The translations under genes and the position numbers were made by a program. The notes under the pieces are model-generated. The model saw only the letters and a program-made list of their open reading frames with translations, was not told where the DNA came from and ran no database searches. Shown here piece after piece: positions 37,489 through 50,665 of a stretch of DNA of 64,000 nt. The stretch is from Octopus vulgaris (Eukaryota), in the NCBI GenBank assembly GCA_951406725.2, contig OX597822.1, positions 33,976,001 through 34,040,000 on the forward strand, written 5' to 3'. Position 1 is the first letter of the stretch. Each line of letters starts with the position of its first letter.

Positions 37489-40180
37489 AAATAGGTAATG
37501 GATAGTGATATGATGGGTATCTGGCTGTAAAACAAGTCCTCCATAATATGTATCCATCCACGAATGTGAGTGTGAAAAACAAGTTGAAAAAACAAACATT
37601 GGATGATGTTGTCCTAGATAAACTTGACTTGAGAAAAGGGGGAAAAAATCAATAACATGGCCACAGCTGGTACATCTCTTTAGTTGCATCATATTAACGA
37701 CTTGGTTGGTGTCAGACATGCAGCTAAGTGACAGCTGTTGTCCCCATCACTCACTCTTTAGTAGTCTCGTAGTTTGCAGATAATGCATGCAAGCCATTAA
37801 GCTGGTTGCATTTCAATACTAATTGATGTATGTTCACCGTAAGTACAAAAGAAACTATTATTTTTTTACTCAATAAATAATTATATAATTGACGACAGGT
37901 GTATACGAGACAAATGTTAAATGTCTGTTACTTTGTATTCTTTTTGTAAAGTTGTTGTTTCACTTTGTTAACCACATAGCCATGCCTGTACCTATAATTC
38001 TACTGGAGTGTGATATGAGGGCAGGTTTGGCTGTTATGGTTAACTAGTGTGGTGATCATGTAGGATCTCCTTTGCTATGTTGTATGTAGTTAACCCAGCT
38101 ATTTGCGATAATGTTAGGAAGAAATAAAACAGCCCTTTTGTAAAAGCTGCTCTATTTAAGTTTTACAATATTGTAGGTACATGGCTTAGTGGTTAGGGTA
38201 TTCAGCTTGTGATCATAATGTTGTGAGTTCAATTCCGGATGGCACATTATGTCCTTGAGCGAGACGCTTTATTTCACATTGTTCCATGCCACCCTGCTGG
38301 CGAAAATGATTTGTACTTGTATTTCAAAGGACTGGCTCTGTCCGGTTATTGTGTCACACTGAATCTCCTTGAGAACTATTAACTTGCATGTTAATTTCAC
38401 GAGCAGGTGGTTCTGTTTATTGGATCAACTAGAACACCCGTCATCATAACCGACGGAGTGCCGGTTACAATATTGCAGCAATACATACAAAATAAATACT
38501 TCAGAAGACATACATCTGGTAGAGAAATATTTATAAAACTTGGCAGAGGTTTGCACACTCTGACTGCAATCCTCTGCCAAGGCAACACCAATGTCCTCTC
38601 GATTAGCCAGAGATGATTTTTAAAATGAGAATATCTGAAGTAAACTTGACTGATATCACAAACGAGAATACTAAAAATGAACCTGACTGCTCTCAAAAAT
38701 TAAGTAAAAAAAAAAAAAATAATAATCCAGAATCCTTGTCCGGGTACTAGGTCGATCCCAAAATCTAATCAGTACGTGCTAGTTATGAGGCCAAATATAC
38801 CTGAAAGTTTCATCTGAATCCATCCAGTGGTTCTTGAGATGTCTTGTGCATGGACAAACAAACAAATACGACTGAAAAGAATACCTCTGCCTTTGCTAAG
38901 GCACAGGTAATAGTAAATCATTCTAAAGGTGAAGCTGGGGGAAAAAAACCCTTTCCGCTATAGGTACAAGACCTGAAATTTTGTGGGAAGGGATTGTCAA
39001 TCACATTTGACTCTGGTTGACCCTGAAGGGATGCAAAACAAAGTCAGCCTTGGCAGCATTTGAACTTTGAATGTACAGCTAGAAAAATTACTTGACATTT
39101 TTTCTGGCATGCTAACGATTCTGCCAATTTGTTGCCTTAGATAAAGCTATGAATAAGGGTTTCAAATTTTGGAATGTGGCCAGCAATTTTTGTCAAAGAG
39201 TAAGTTGATTACATTGACCCTAGTGTTATTTTATCAACCCCGAAAGGATGAAAGGCAAAGTTGACCTCACCAGAATTTGAACTCAGAATGTAAAGAGGGA
39301 CAAAATGCCATTAAGCATTTTCCCTGGTGTGCTAATGATTCTGCCATCTCGTTGCCTTGATAAAGCTGTAAATATTAACATGTGGAGTACTAGCTTAAAA
39401 AAAAAAACTCTTGAATAGAAAAATGGTTGATGGCTGTTTGTGTAGGGTTATTAAACAAAATTTTGATATTTTTACCTTTTGCTCAGCTTACCTGGATTTA
39501 CCTGTAATTAAAGTCACTTTGAGACAAAAGTTATGCAATAGAATTGATTAAGAACCCTTTCTTTAATTATGTTCCAAATATCACATTAATATGTTGATAA
39601 GTAAAAAAGTTACAGTTATTTAATGAAACTAGTCTAAATTCATGATTATTTTAGAATTTAATTGAAACTCATGAGGGTTGTATTTTGGTCAGAAATATAG
39701 TAATGAAAGGGTTAATGATATAATGGTATCACATCTGTTGTGTTTACAGAAGATGTGGGTTTATGCCCCAAAAGCAGTGATCAACCTATTCCTATCCAAA
39801 AGGATACTTAACCTAATATTCTGCAGGCTGTTATGACTTGGCCTACATCGAGTTCCACTATTAAAATGATTTGTTTCTCATCTCTTGAAGTTTCTAAATA
39901 AAAACGTGAACAATAAACATAAAATATATTTCATGTTGTTTAAGTTGTCCTGACAGCTGTCCAATAAATTAATGCCACGCTATGGAAAATGCTCAGTGGC
40001 ATTTCATCTGTCTTTATGTTCTAAGTTCAGATTTTGCCATGGTAAATTTTGGTTTTCATCTTTTGAGGGTTGATGAAACAAGTACCAGTTGAACACTGGG
40101 GGGGTTGATGTAGTTCATTTATTCCCTTCCCCGAAGCTTCTGGCCTTGTGCCAAAACATTGAAATCATTATTATGCATGC

Positions 40181-40432
40181 ATATCTATCTATCTATCCGT
40201 TCAGTCGAAGTTGACTCTCGGTTACTTGATGGATCAGTGTTCTCCAGCCAGTTCTATCCTGGGTCGCTTCTTTCAGATTGGCTATGGCCATTCCCGTGTC
40301 ACTCTTGATGGTGTCAAGCCAGCGGGTTCTTGGTCGGCCTCTTCCTCTCTTGCCACTGACCATTCTGAGCATGATGTCCTTATCCAGGGATTTCTTCTGC
40401 ATAATATGACCAAAATATGCCAATCTATGCTT
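40181..40432 (-). mobile_element. RTE (BovB-like) LINE 3' end
   Basis: HRLAYFGHIMQKKSLDKDIMLRMVSGKRGRGRPRTRWLDTIK...DRTGWR; (GATA)n tail. Confidence 0.85.
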
Positions 40433-41107
40433 ACATGCATACATGCAACTAAAACCAGTATAAAGGGCAGTCATTAGTGTATCAGAAAAAAATGCCTCAG
40501 AGTTTGTGTATTGAGTTCAAATCCTGCCAAAAGCAACTTTATTTACCTTTCATCTTTTTGCTGTTGATTAAATAAAGTAGCAGTGTACTAGTGTCAAATA
40601 CTGGGAACAGTGTAATTAGCTAACTCTTTAACATTCAGAATCCCTGCCAAATGTAATGCTTATTTGATGCACATTTTTTGAAGTGGTCTCACATCATTTT
40701 TTAGCTCTGAAATTTTGATAACGTGATTGTTTATTTTTAAAATAACATTGTAGGGTAGGTGTGAGAGGCCATATATGGCTAGTTTGAACACAAGTTAAGT
40801 ACAATATTTGGGCAAGTTATGGCCAGTTTAAATGCTTAAGGGCTGAATGCCTCCTCCAAAATTAGGGTTAGGGTTACTGGCCTTGTTCTTAAATTAGAAA
40901 TGATTGTTATAAAAAAGGGCTGTGGATTTGCCGAATTATTAGAGGGTGTAACAAAGTACCTCGAGGTATTAGTTCTGTTTCTTACGTTCTCCCACTGGAC
41001 TCACTTTTGCCTTTCATCCTTTTAGGGTCAACAAAAAAAAGTACCAATCAAGTACTGGGGCCTGTTTAATTAGTTGTTGTTCTCCCTCAAAATTATTATT
41101 AGTAGTA

Positions 41108-41485
41108 AAAAGCACTATCCGAATCGTGGCTGATGCCAGCGCCGCTTCGACTGGCTTCCGTGTCGGTGGCACGTAAAAAGTACCATCTGAATCGTGGCCG
41201 AAGCCAGTGCCGCCTCGACTGGCTTCCGTGCAGGTGGCACGTAAAATGCACCAATCCGACCGTGGCCGATGCCAGCCTCGCCTGGCACCAGTGCAGGTGG
41301 CACGTAAAAAGCACCCACTACACTCTCGGAGTGGTTGGCGTTAGGAAGGGCATCCAGCTGTAGAAACTTTGCCAGATAAGACCGGAGCCTGGTGCAGCCT
41401 TCTGGCTTCCCAGATCCCCGGTCGAACCGTCCAACCCATGCTAGCATGGAGAACGGACGTTAAACGATGATGATGATGATGATGA
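41108..41485 (+). mobile_element. Young, CpG-rich RTE 3' UTR fragment with ~70-bp internal tandem units
   Basis: Repeated GGTGGCACGTAAAA.GCACC units, then AGGAAGGGCATCCAGC...GGACGTTAAAC(GAT)n. Confidence 0.8.
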
Positions 41486-41867
41486 GTAGTTGTAGCAGGG
41501 CAGTGCATTGACAGAATGGTTAGAGCATTGGACAAACAGTTTACAGTCTGAGTTCAAATTGTGCCAGGGTCAATAAAGTACCAATTAGGAACTTTATTTG
41601 AATTTATCAACTGTTCCCTACTCCCCAAATTTCTATCCTTGTACCTATGTTAGATGTGTTTTTTGGTAGTCATTAATGAGTTGGACAAAATGTTTGGCAG
41701 CATTTCATCTGGTTCGTTATGTTCTTGGTTCAAATTCCATTGAGGCCAACTTAGTCTTTCATCCTTTTGGGGTTTATAAAATAAGTACTAGTCGAAAGGG
41801 GTCAATATAATGACTAGCCCCTTCCACCAAATTTTAGGCCTTGTGCATATAGTAGAAAAAATTATTA

Positions 41868-41908
<41 letters not shown>

Positions 41909-44295
41909 GAGGCAAGCAGGCAGAATCATTAACTCACCAGACAAAATGATAAGCAATATTTCATCTATTTTTATGTTCTGAGTTCAAATTCCACCAAGGT
42001 TGATAAAATTAAATGCCAGTCAAGTACTGGAGTCGATGTGATCAACTTGTCCCCTCCCACAAAATTTCAAGCCTTGTGCGTTTAGTAGAAAGGATTATTA
42101 TTATTATTATTATTATTAGTAGTAGTAGTTGTTGTTGTTGTTGCTGTCGTTAAGATGCCGAGCTGGCAGATTTGTTAGCATACCAGGCAAAATGCTTAGA
42201 AGTATTTTGCCTGCTGTTACGTTTTAAGTTCAAATTCCAGCGAGGTTGACTTTGCCTTTTGCTCTTTTTGGGGTCAATTAAACAAGTACCAGTTATGCAC
42301 TGGGGTCGATGTAATCAATTCAATCCCTTCCCCCAAATTTGAGGCCTTGTGCTTCCAGTAGAAAGGATTAGTAGTAGTACCATCACAATTAGCTAATTAT
42401 GCTTATGTATGAAGAATTAATTTAAACATGAGTTTTACACCCCTAGAAACAATATACTTAAAAAGACAGACATGATAGTTACAGCTGAAATATCTTTGAG
42501 CATGGGCCTGTTTGATTTGAGCTGGGGGGGGGGGGGGGCTAAACCACAAAATGAACTTAGTTGAGTGACTGACTGCAAACTGTTATTTTTCTGACTTGTG
42601 AACAAGATGGAGAAATGTCAATGCAAATGAATGAGTCATGCTCAGTGAAAAAACTGATGCGATCTATTTATTGATTAGTGATAATTACTATAGAAACTAG
42701 AAAAGCACTCGGAGAGCGCAGACCTCTGCCAAGCAGCTCATTTCCACCCATATACACACATGCTGAAAATCGCCCAATTTCCCAAACCAATGCCGGCAAA
42801 AACATAACCTCCTTGGCGGGGGTAAAAAAAAAATAGCACATCCATATGATTTTTAAAAAAGACCCCTAACCATACCAAACTAAACCTACCTGCCTACTTT
42901 ACATCCCTCTGTGGTTAGTATAGTATCAATCATCCCTCAAGGGTCCAGCATCAGTTTTTGCTACCGCTGCCTCCTCCTCTGCTGCTGCTGCTGCTTTTAG
43001 CAACCCTTGAATATGTTAGTGTCATTTAATATCTGAACTGTTTCACTGCGTATGTTTGATCTCTTTATCCATCAGTTTCTAGTAAGAAAAGATACACGAG
43101 TAAAATTACTAATAGAGAAACGAAAATAAAACTTTAGAAACAGCAACGCAACCATAGGTTACGTGAAAACTATGACCGTGTTTTCAAGGGAGTCCACTGC
43201 TCTAACCACTAGGCCATGTGCCTCTACAAATTAGAAAGTAGTGGGTTTCAAATTTGGAATCACTGGTGGGAGTGACTGGAGATGATCTCTGCCTGTACCA
43301 TTAGGGGAGAGTAGTTTAATGCTTCAGGTCTTGGTGTTTGTTTGGAAGTAGAGGGACATTTTTGTTTTACTACATGCTGGAGCCACGTAAAAAGTACCCA
43401 TGATGGGACCACATAAAAAGCACTCTGTACATTCTGTAAAGTGGTTGATGTTAGGAAGGGCATCAGAAACTGCTGAATCAGACAATTGGAGCCTGGTGCA
43501 GACCTCCAGTTTGCCAGCTCCTGTCAAACTGTCTGACCCATGCCATCATAGAAAATGGACGATAAATGATGATGATGATGACATGTGGCCTTTCTGTTGG
43601 ATTATTGGAAAGAGAGAAGTGTTTTATAACTTTAGGGTAAAAGTATGAAATGGAAAACTACAGATTACTGTCTTTTATAATGAAATTTCTCATATTGTGT
43701 ATTTTCTTCTGAGGGAACATTTGCTAAGGGGGAAAGTAGTGATGGTCACTTGGGTTGAAAGGCTAAGGAATGGCAGTTGTTTAAGTTTCACTTTAGGAAT
43801 ATCTCAGTGTGGGTGTGCATGGAGAAATGTTCAAATGTACTTTGGGTGATCCTTCCAGCCTGTTAGCATGGGAGGAAAACAGATTGATAAAAAAATCACA
43901 ATGATGTTTTTTATGTATGTGTGCATGTGTGTGTGTATTTGTAAGTACGTATCTATCTAATATATATATATTAGATAGATATATCGAAGTGATTTTACTA
44001 CTACTATAATCATTTCTTAAATATAGCCACGAAACACGTGTCGTTATTCTACAAGTTATATACGTTTTTATTATTGTTTTGCAATTTACTTAATCATTGG
44101 TATTTTATTGTTATTTTAATTTTAATATTTCTATTATATGTAATTTTCTAGATGGTGTAATTTTATTGTTCATTTTGAATTGATAAAAGATGTTTTTTTT
44201 CTAATTTTTTATATATATTTTGTGAAATTTGATTTAGTATTTCTAAATTGAATTTTTTCCCTGTAAGTTAGGATTAATATTAATATTATATATAA

Positions 44296-44491
44296 AATGT
44301 AGACCTCGTGTGTACCGTTGGCAATTTTTTTTCCTCTGTCTTCCCTTCTCTGGATCTTTCCTTCTCCTATGTTTCCGACGAGGAGCTCTGCTCGAAACGT
44401 TAAACACTCCTTCTTTCCTGAGCGTCCAATAATACTATATTTGTTCCACGTCCTCGCGTTGTTGTCTTTTTTTGTGTTTTCTTGTTTGGAT

Positions 44492-44495
<4 letters not shown>
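44296..44495 (+). mobile_element. Penelope-like short element with mutated hammerhead, copy of 7115-7343
   Basis: TGTTT-CCGACGA-G-GAGC-TCT-GCTC-GAAA-CG-TT-AAACA at ~44370-44406. Confidence 0.65.
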
Positions 44496-44531
<36 letters not shown>

Positions 44532-44612
44532 GTGCTGTATTGTATGTGTTGACATTGTGTGTGTCATTGTCTATTTATTGTGTAATTGTCCTTATTGGTT
44601 CTGTGCTTACAG

Positions 44613-44757
44613 GAGACAGGCTACACATGCGGTCTGCAGGTAAAGATCGGCATGCTCATGAACTGCAGCGTCAGCAGGACAAGGAGAAAGAACGTGAACG
44701 ACGTCTGAAAGACGAGGTACGAGAAGCACGCAAACGAGAGGAATCTAGACGAGAAAG
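44613..44757 (+). CDS. CDK11: CDK11/PITSLRE-like kinase, coding exon 3 (RE-rich region)
   Basis: GCTTACAG| acceptor, phase matches (A+GA); DRLHMRSAGKDRHAHELQRQQDKEKERERRLKDEVREARKREESRRER resembles the CDK11 RE region (AREHSRRER); donor AG|GTAACT, phase 2. Confidence 0.75.
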
Positions 44758-45677
44758 GTAACTGCATGAATTATTTTTTTTGTCTATTTTTTTTTTTTCT
44801 TGATGTTTCAAAATCTATTTTGCTGCTAATTAAACCTGCAGTTAATTTACACATCTATGTTATATATATAACTGTGCAGCATGATAGGTTGTGGTAACTG
44901 CCTGTTTTGTTGCCCTTTCTTTTTTCTGTTCGATTTTTCTTTTACATGAATATATATCTAATTGTTTGTATGGGGGGGCTGGGTTGTTGAATAGGTAGTG
45001 ACTTTATGATTCATAGTTATAAAACTATTTTATTATATTACGGCTATGTTTACAAATTTCAAAGTGTCTTTTCGTCTCTAAAATATATCTGCCGTGAATT
45101 ATTTTAAGCACAAGGTCAGCAATTTTTGAGGGGAGGGGTGTGTTGATAGAATCATCTCCAGTACTTGACCGTACTTTATTCATTGATCCTAAAAGGCACA
45201 AAGTGACCTTAGTGGGGTTCGAACTCAGAACATAGAGAGCCAGAACATGTTTTTCTGATGCTCTAACGTTTCTGCCAATCCACTATCTTTTTATCATGAA
45301 TATTAATGCTAATGATAATCCACAATGAATTATAATGATCAGTACCTTGTAGCAGATTCTCATTACATATCATCTCTAGTCTGGTAGGTGACCCTCAATC
45401 AGACATGTTTCCATCCTTTTCTTACTTACTCCATTACTTGGTTGTTGTTGTTGTTGTATTTAAGATCCAGGTGTGCCCTAATTGAGTTGACCTATGACTG
45501 AAAGCATTCCAACTCTCATCATAAGCACCATTTTCATCATCATCATCATCATCATCATTCAGCATCTGTTTTCCCTGCTGGCATGTGTTCGATGGTTTAA
45601 TGCAGTGGCCCTCAACCGTTTTTTGCCTACGGAACCCTTTGATTTCTGTTGTGCTCTGACAGACCTCCATAGCCATT

Positions 45678-46060
45678 TCTATTCTTTTATCTTTTTATTT
45701 CTTTCAGTCATCTTGACTGTGGCCATGCTGGAGCACCGCCTTTAGTCAAACAAATCGACCCCAGGACTTATTCTTTGTAAGCCCAATACTTATTCTATCG
45801 GTTCTCTTTTGCCAAACCACTAAGTTACGGGGACGTAAACACATCAGCATCAGTTGTCAAGTGATGGTGGGAGGACAAACACAGACACACACACACACAT
45901 TAGGCTTCTTTCGGTTTCCATTCACCAAATCCATTTACAAGGCTTTGGTCAACCCAAGGCTATAGTAGAAGACACTTGGCAAAGGTGCCACACAGTGGGA
46001 CCGAACTTGGAACATGTCGTTGGTAAGTAAGCCACTTACCACACAGCCACTCCTGTGCCT
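45678..46060 (-). mobile_element. CORE-like SINE family A, full length
   Basis: Homologous to 25684-26148. Confidence 0.8.
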
Positions 46061-49000
46061 ATGTATACAAAAATATCCTGTTGTATTTTTATAATTAATA
46101 TTATTAGGAATTGTATAAAAAATAGCTAAAATATTTTGTGTGCTGTAGAAGTATAAGCGTGGAGGCACGTGGCTTAGTGGTAAGATTGTGGTTTCGATTC
46201 CTGGACCGGGTGACGTGTTGTGTTCTTGAGCAAAAGACTTCGTTTCCTGTTGCTCCAGTCCACTCAGCAGGCAAAAATGAGTAATGCTGTGATGGACTGG
46301 CGTCCCGTCCAGCTGGGGATCACATAAGCCATAGAAACCGGGAAACCGGGCCCATGAGCCTGGCTTGGCTTTAAAAGGGCGCATTTATTTTTTTTCATTT
46401 TAGAAGTATAAGCAATTTATTGCACAGGTTTTTGCAACAAAATCTTGTATGGGCTTTAGTTGGGAACCACAGATTTGACAGGATTTGGCAATCTGTAGGA
46501 CTGTGTCAAGCTCCAAAGTCAGCTTTTGCCATGGTTTCAATGACTGGACACCCTTCATAATGCCAACCACTTTACAGAGTGTATTTAGTGTGTTTCTTTT
46601 TGTTTTTGTACTACCAGTACTAGTGACGTCGCCGAGTGACTTGCAAGACAAGGAAAGAACAGGAAAAGCTCCCTCAACTAAGTAGAGGACAGTATGTGTG
46701 GGGCAGGGGTTGGCTTTATGCCCGGTGTTGAGAGGCTGAAGTATGATAGAGGGAGAAGCAAAGGTGTCTTCTTATAAAAGAGATAAATAGCCACCCTGCT
46801 TTGTATAAGATTGGGTGGGAACATTTGGGTAGAAGATAAAGATGGTAGTGCTGGAGTGCTGGTGCCAGCTGTCAAGGTACCAGAAGGTAAGCATAAGAGA
46901 GGATCTGGACACTGGATTGGGGTGAGGTCGGGTGGTGGAAAGAGATGGTTGGTAGTTTCATAAGAGAGTGAAGGGGAGAGTAACAGATGGTTTGAGATGA
47001 GGGTAGAGGTGAATGTAGTGAAGGCATAGTATATCTTAGACTACATTATCTTGTATTTCTTTATTTTATTAAAGGCTCTTATAGTATCCTTTGGGAGTGA
47101 TTTGGCTATTATTTCTAGCAAGTTGAGTCCCCATGTAGAGGCTCTCTACAACTTTGCATTTGCAACATGATGAAATGGTTAAGAAGTTTGCTTCAAGAGC
47201 ATGCGGTTCTAGGTTTGATCCCAGTCCATGGCCTCTTGAGCAAGTGTCTTTTACTATAGCCTTGCATCAATCCATGCCTTGTGAGAGAAATTGGATCAAT
47301 GTTAACCGCGCAGAAACTTGTCAGATTGTCTGTACCTGTAATTCAAGAGTACACCTTTGTCATACACTGTGATATGCTGTTTGAGAATTACATGAAGAAT
47401 ACATGTGTGTGGAATACTCAACCGCTTACATGTTAATTCAACAAATAGATTATTCAGTTTGTTGGGCAACGGACTATTTACTGTTGAAAAAGTTCTGTGT
47501 GAAGGCACATAGCTCAGTGGTTAGAGTGTCAGGCTCACAATCATGAGGTAGTGAGTTCAATTCCCAGACTGGGCTGTGTGTTGTGTTCTTGAGCAAGACA
47601 CGTTATTTCACACTGCTGCAGTTCACTCAGCCATTGAAATCAGTTGCAATGTCACTGGTGCCAAGCTGTATTGGCCTTTGCCTTTCCCTTGGATAACATT
47701 GGTGGCGTGAAGAGGTGGGGATTGATATGCAGGGTTGATTGCTGGTCTTCCATAAGCAACCTTGCCTGCGCTTCGGAGGGGAACTTTCTAGGTGCAATCT
47801 CATGGTCATTCATGACTGAAGGGGCCTTTATAGCTCAACTAACTCCTGAGACAACATTTTTCTACTAATTGACTGTAAAATGCTGCTTCAGGTAAGCCCT
47901 CATCTAACCCATGCTGGCATAGAAAAATGAACGTAAAATGAATGAATGTAAAATAGCAGGTTTAATGTAATTAGTTTTCTTAATTAATATATGTTAATTC
48001 GTTAATAATGATGTCAGGTTATTTAACTAATACCTGCTATAGATCCTAAAGCAAAATTTTGGTTGAAATTTTCTTCGTTCATTTGTTTTATGTCCATTTT
48101 TCCATGCTTACCAGGGTTAGATGAATATGTTATTTGAGGCATTTTATTACACAGTTGGATGCCTTTCCTGTTGCTAACTCTTAACTGTTTTTCAAGACCT
48201 CGAGAAAAAATTTCCTGGATAACTAAGAACACCACATACTGCACTTTTGCACAAGCAAGTGTAGATGTAGCCAACACACACAGACACTCACTTTTGACAA
48301 GCTTCTTTTAGTTTCCATCTACTAAATCCACTCACAAGGCTTTGGCCAGCCTGGGGTTATAGTAGATGACGCTTGCCTGAAACTATGAGTTTGGGAAGTG
48401 AAGTTCTCCACCAAACAGCCATGCTAGAATGTATTTCTCTTCTTTTCAAATGCTTTTACTTGTAGAAGAACAGTTTTGCTTTATTACATGTAGTCTGTTC
48501 GCTTGTTAGATAGCAGGAAGGAGAGAGAGACAGGAGATGAAAACAGAGAAGATTTTATATAACTTTGGATAAAATTATCAAATAGAAAGCTACAGATTAC
48601 ATTCTTTTATAATTGTTTATAATTTAGGCTCAAAGATGGCTATTTTGAGGCAAGGGGCTTTATCAACTACACTGATCTCAATATTAGACCGATACTTTAT
48701 TTTATAGACCCCCAGAATGAAAAATGTTGGAGTTGACCGTGGTCGGATTTGAACTTGGAATATAAGGTACCAGAAGAAATATTGCAAAGCATTTTGTCCA
48801 GCGCTCTTGTGATTCTGACAGTTTTATTTATTAATTTTTTCCTAAGATTATTAGGCACTACCCTCATGGCATAATGAACTAAAAATGTTGCTGATCCTAC
48901 TATCACAGAACAGTACACTAATATATGTATATATATATATATATATATAATGTGTGTGTAGAGAAAAAGAGAGATTTGTGTGTGTTCACATTTCATGGCT

Positions 49001-49271
49001 GCAGCTTTACTAGTCACTGCCTGAACAAAACAGTGACATAATGTTTGCATTGCCTGTTCACATTATGATTGGTGATTGGAAGAGCATTTACCCATAAAAA
49101 TGCACCCTCAAATATGCCCCCATCCAACCTCACTAACATGGAAAGGGAAAGTGGAAGTAAACAAATGAAGAATGCCATCTTCATGTAATTATTAATGAGG
49201 TGATAAGGTTGTTTAACTTATTAAAACCTGCTACATAAGATTTACAGGTTCTCTGATTTAATATTGTTTGT

Positions 49272-49665
49272 AGGTGTAGGAGTGGCTGTGTGGTAAGTAG
49301 CTTGCTTAACAAACCACATGGTTCCTGTTTCAATCCCACTGCATGGCACCTTGGGCAAGTGTCTTCTACTATAGCCTCGGGTCGACCCAAAGCCTTGTGA
49401 GTGGATTTGGTAGGCGGAAACTGAAAGAAGCCTGTCGTATATATGTATATATATATATGTGTGTCTGTGTTTGTCCCCACAGTATCGCTTGACAACCAAT
49501 GCTGGTGCGTTTATGCCCCCCGTAACTTAGTGGTTCAGCAAAAGAGACCGATAGAATAAGTACTGGGCTTACAAAGAATAAGTCCTGGGGTTGATTTTTC
49601 TACTAAAGGTGGTGCTCCAGCATGACCACAGTCATATGACTGAAACAAGTAAAAGAGAAAAGGAG
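49272..49665 (+). mobile_element. CORE-like SINE family A, full length
   Basis: Head GGTGTAGGAGTGGCTGTGTGGTAAG through tail GACTGAAACAAGTAAAAGAG. Further copies at ~29990-30370, 36640-36990, 52398-52730, 53380-53770, 58196-58620 and 63470-63945. Confidence 0.85.
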
Positions 49666-49944
49666 TATCGCTGAATGTTTGAGAAAATTGCCATTTGGTT
49701 TCGGGTTCAGTTCCACTGCATGGAAGTTTGTTCTACTATTGCTAAGAACCAACCAAAGCCTTAAGAGTGGATTTTGTAAGCAGAAACTGAAAGTAGCCTG
49801 TTACGTGTGTGCATATGTAATGTGTCTCTGTCTTGACATTGTACAATAGTTGTCAACAAACATTACTCTTATACTAATGGTGTCATTCATTTGCAGTCTT
49901 CTGTGAAAACATGTCTGACCTTTGTGCTGTTCATGTTTGAAACA

Positions 49945-50160
49945 CTTTTAACATATATCATGTCATGCTTGTGCAGGTCAGACAAAATTCATTGAGGCAG
50001 ATTTTCTACAGCTGGACACCCTTCCCATTGCCAACCGATGCCTGTTTCTTTGCATAGAAACAGGCATCGGTTGGCAATGGGAAGGGTGTCCAGCTGTAGA
50101 AAATCTGCCTCAATGAATTTTGTCTGACCGACACAAGCATGACATGATATATGTTAAAAG
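49945..50160. repeat. Near-perfect 216-bp palindrome
   Basis: 108-bp arms centred on TG|CA at 50052/50053, about 3 mismatches, no spacer. Confidence 0.95.
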
Positions 50161-50293
50161 AATGATGTTGAAGTTGATTATAATGTGAATTACAAGACAT
50201 CACATGACACTTCATTTTAAGTCATTTAAATTTTTTTTTTTTCTTGTGGAAATAATTTTCTCTGTGTATGTGGTCAAATAGTTTACTAGAATT

Positions 50294-50665
50294 CATCATC
50301 ATCATCGTTTAACATCCACTTTCCATGCTAGCATGGGTTGGACAATTTGACTGAGGACTGGTGAACCAGTTGGCTGCACCAAGCTCCAATCTGATCTGGC
50401 AGAGTTTCTACAGCTTGATGCCCTTCCCAATGCCAACCACTCCGAGAATGTAGTGGGTGCTTTTACATGCCACCGGCATGAGGGCCAGTCAGGCTCAAAT
50501 GGTGCCAGTAAGGCGGTGCTGGTAACGATCACGCTCGAATGGTGCTTTTTATGTGCCACCGGCATAGATGCTAGTTGGCTGCTCTGGCAACAATCACGCT
50601 CGATGGTGCTCTTAGCTCTCCACTAGCACGGATGCCAGTCATCGAATTTGATTTTGATTTCAATT
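50294..50665 (-). mobile_element. RTE 3' UTR fragment
   Basis: Homologous to 24467-24950. Others at ~29745-29937, 30541-30810, 33138-33270, 43375-43582, 56791-56950, 60640-60990 and 61920-62455. Confidence 0.8.

Noticed and set aside
48505-48562. Purine-rich DSRKERETGDENRED stretch as next CDK11 exon
   Set aside because: The phase-2 reading hits an immediate stop, and there is no donor site.
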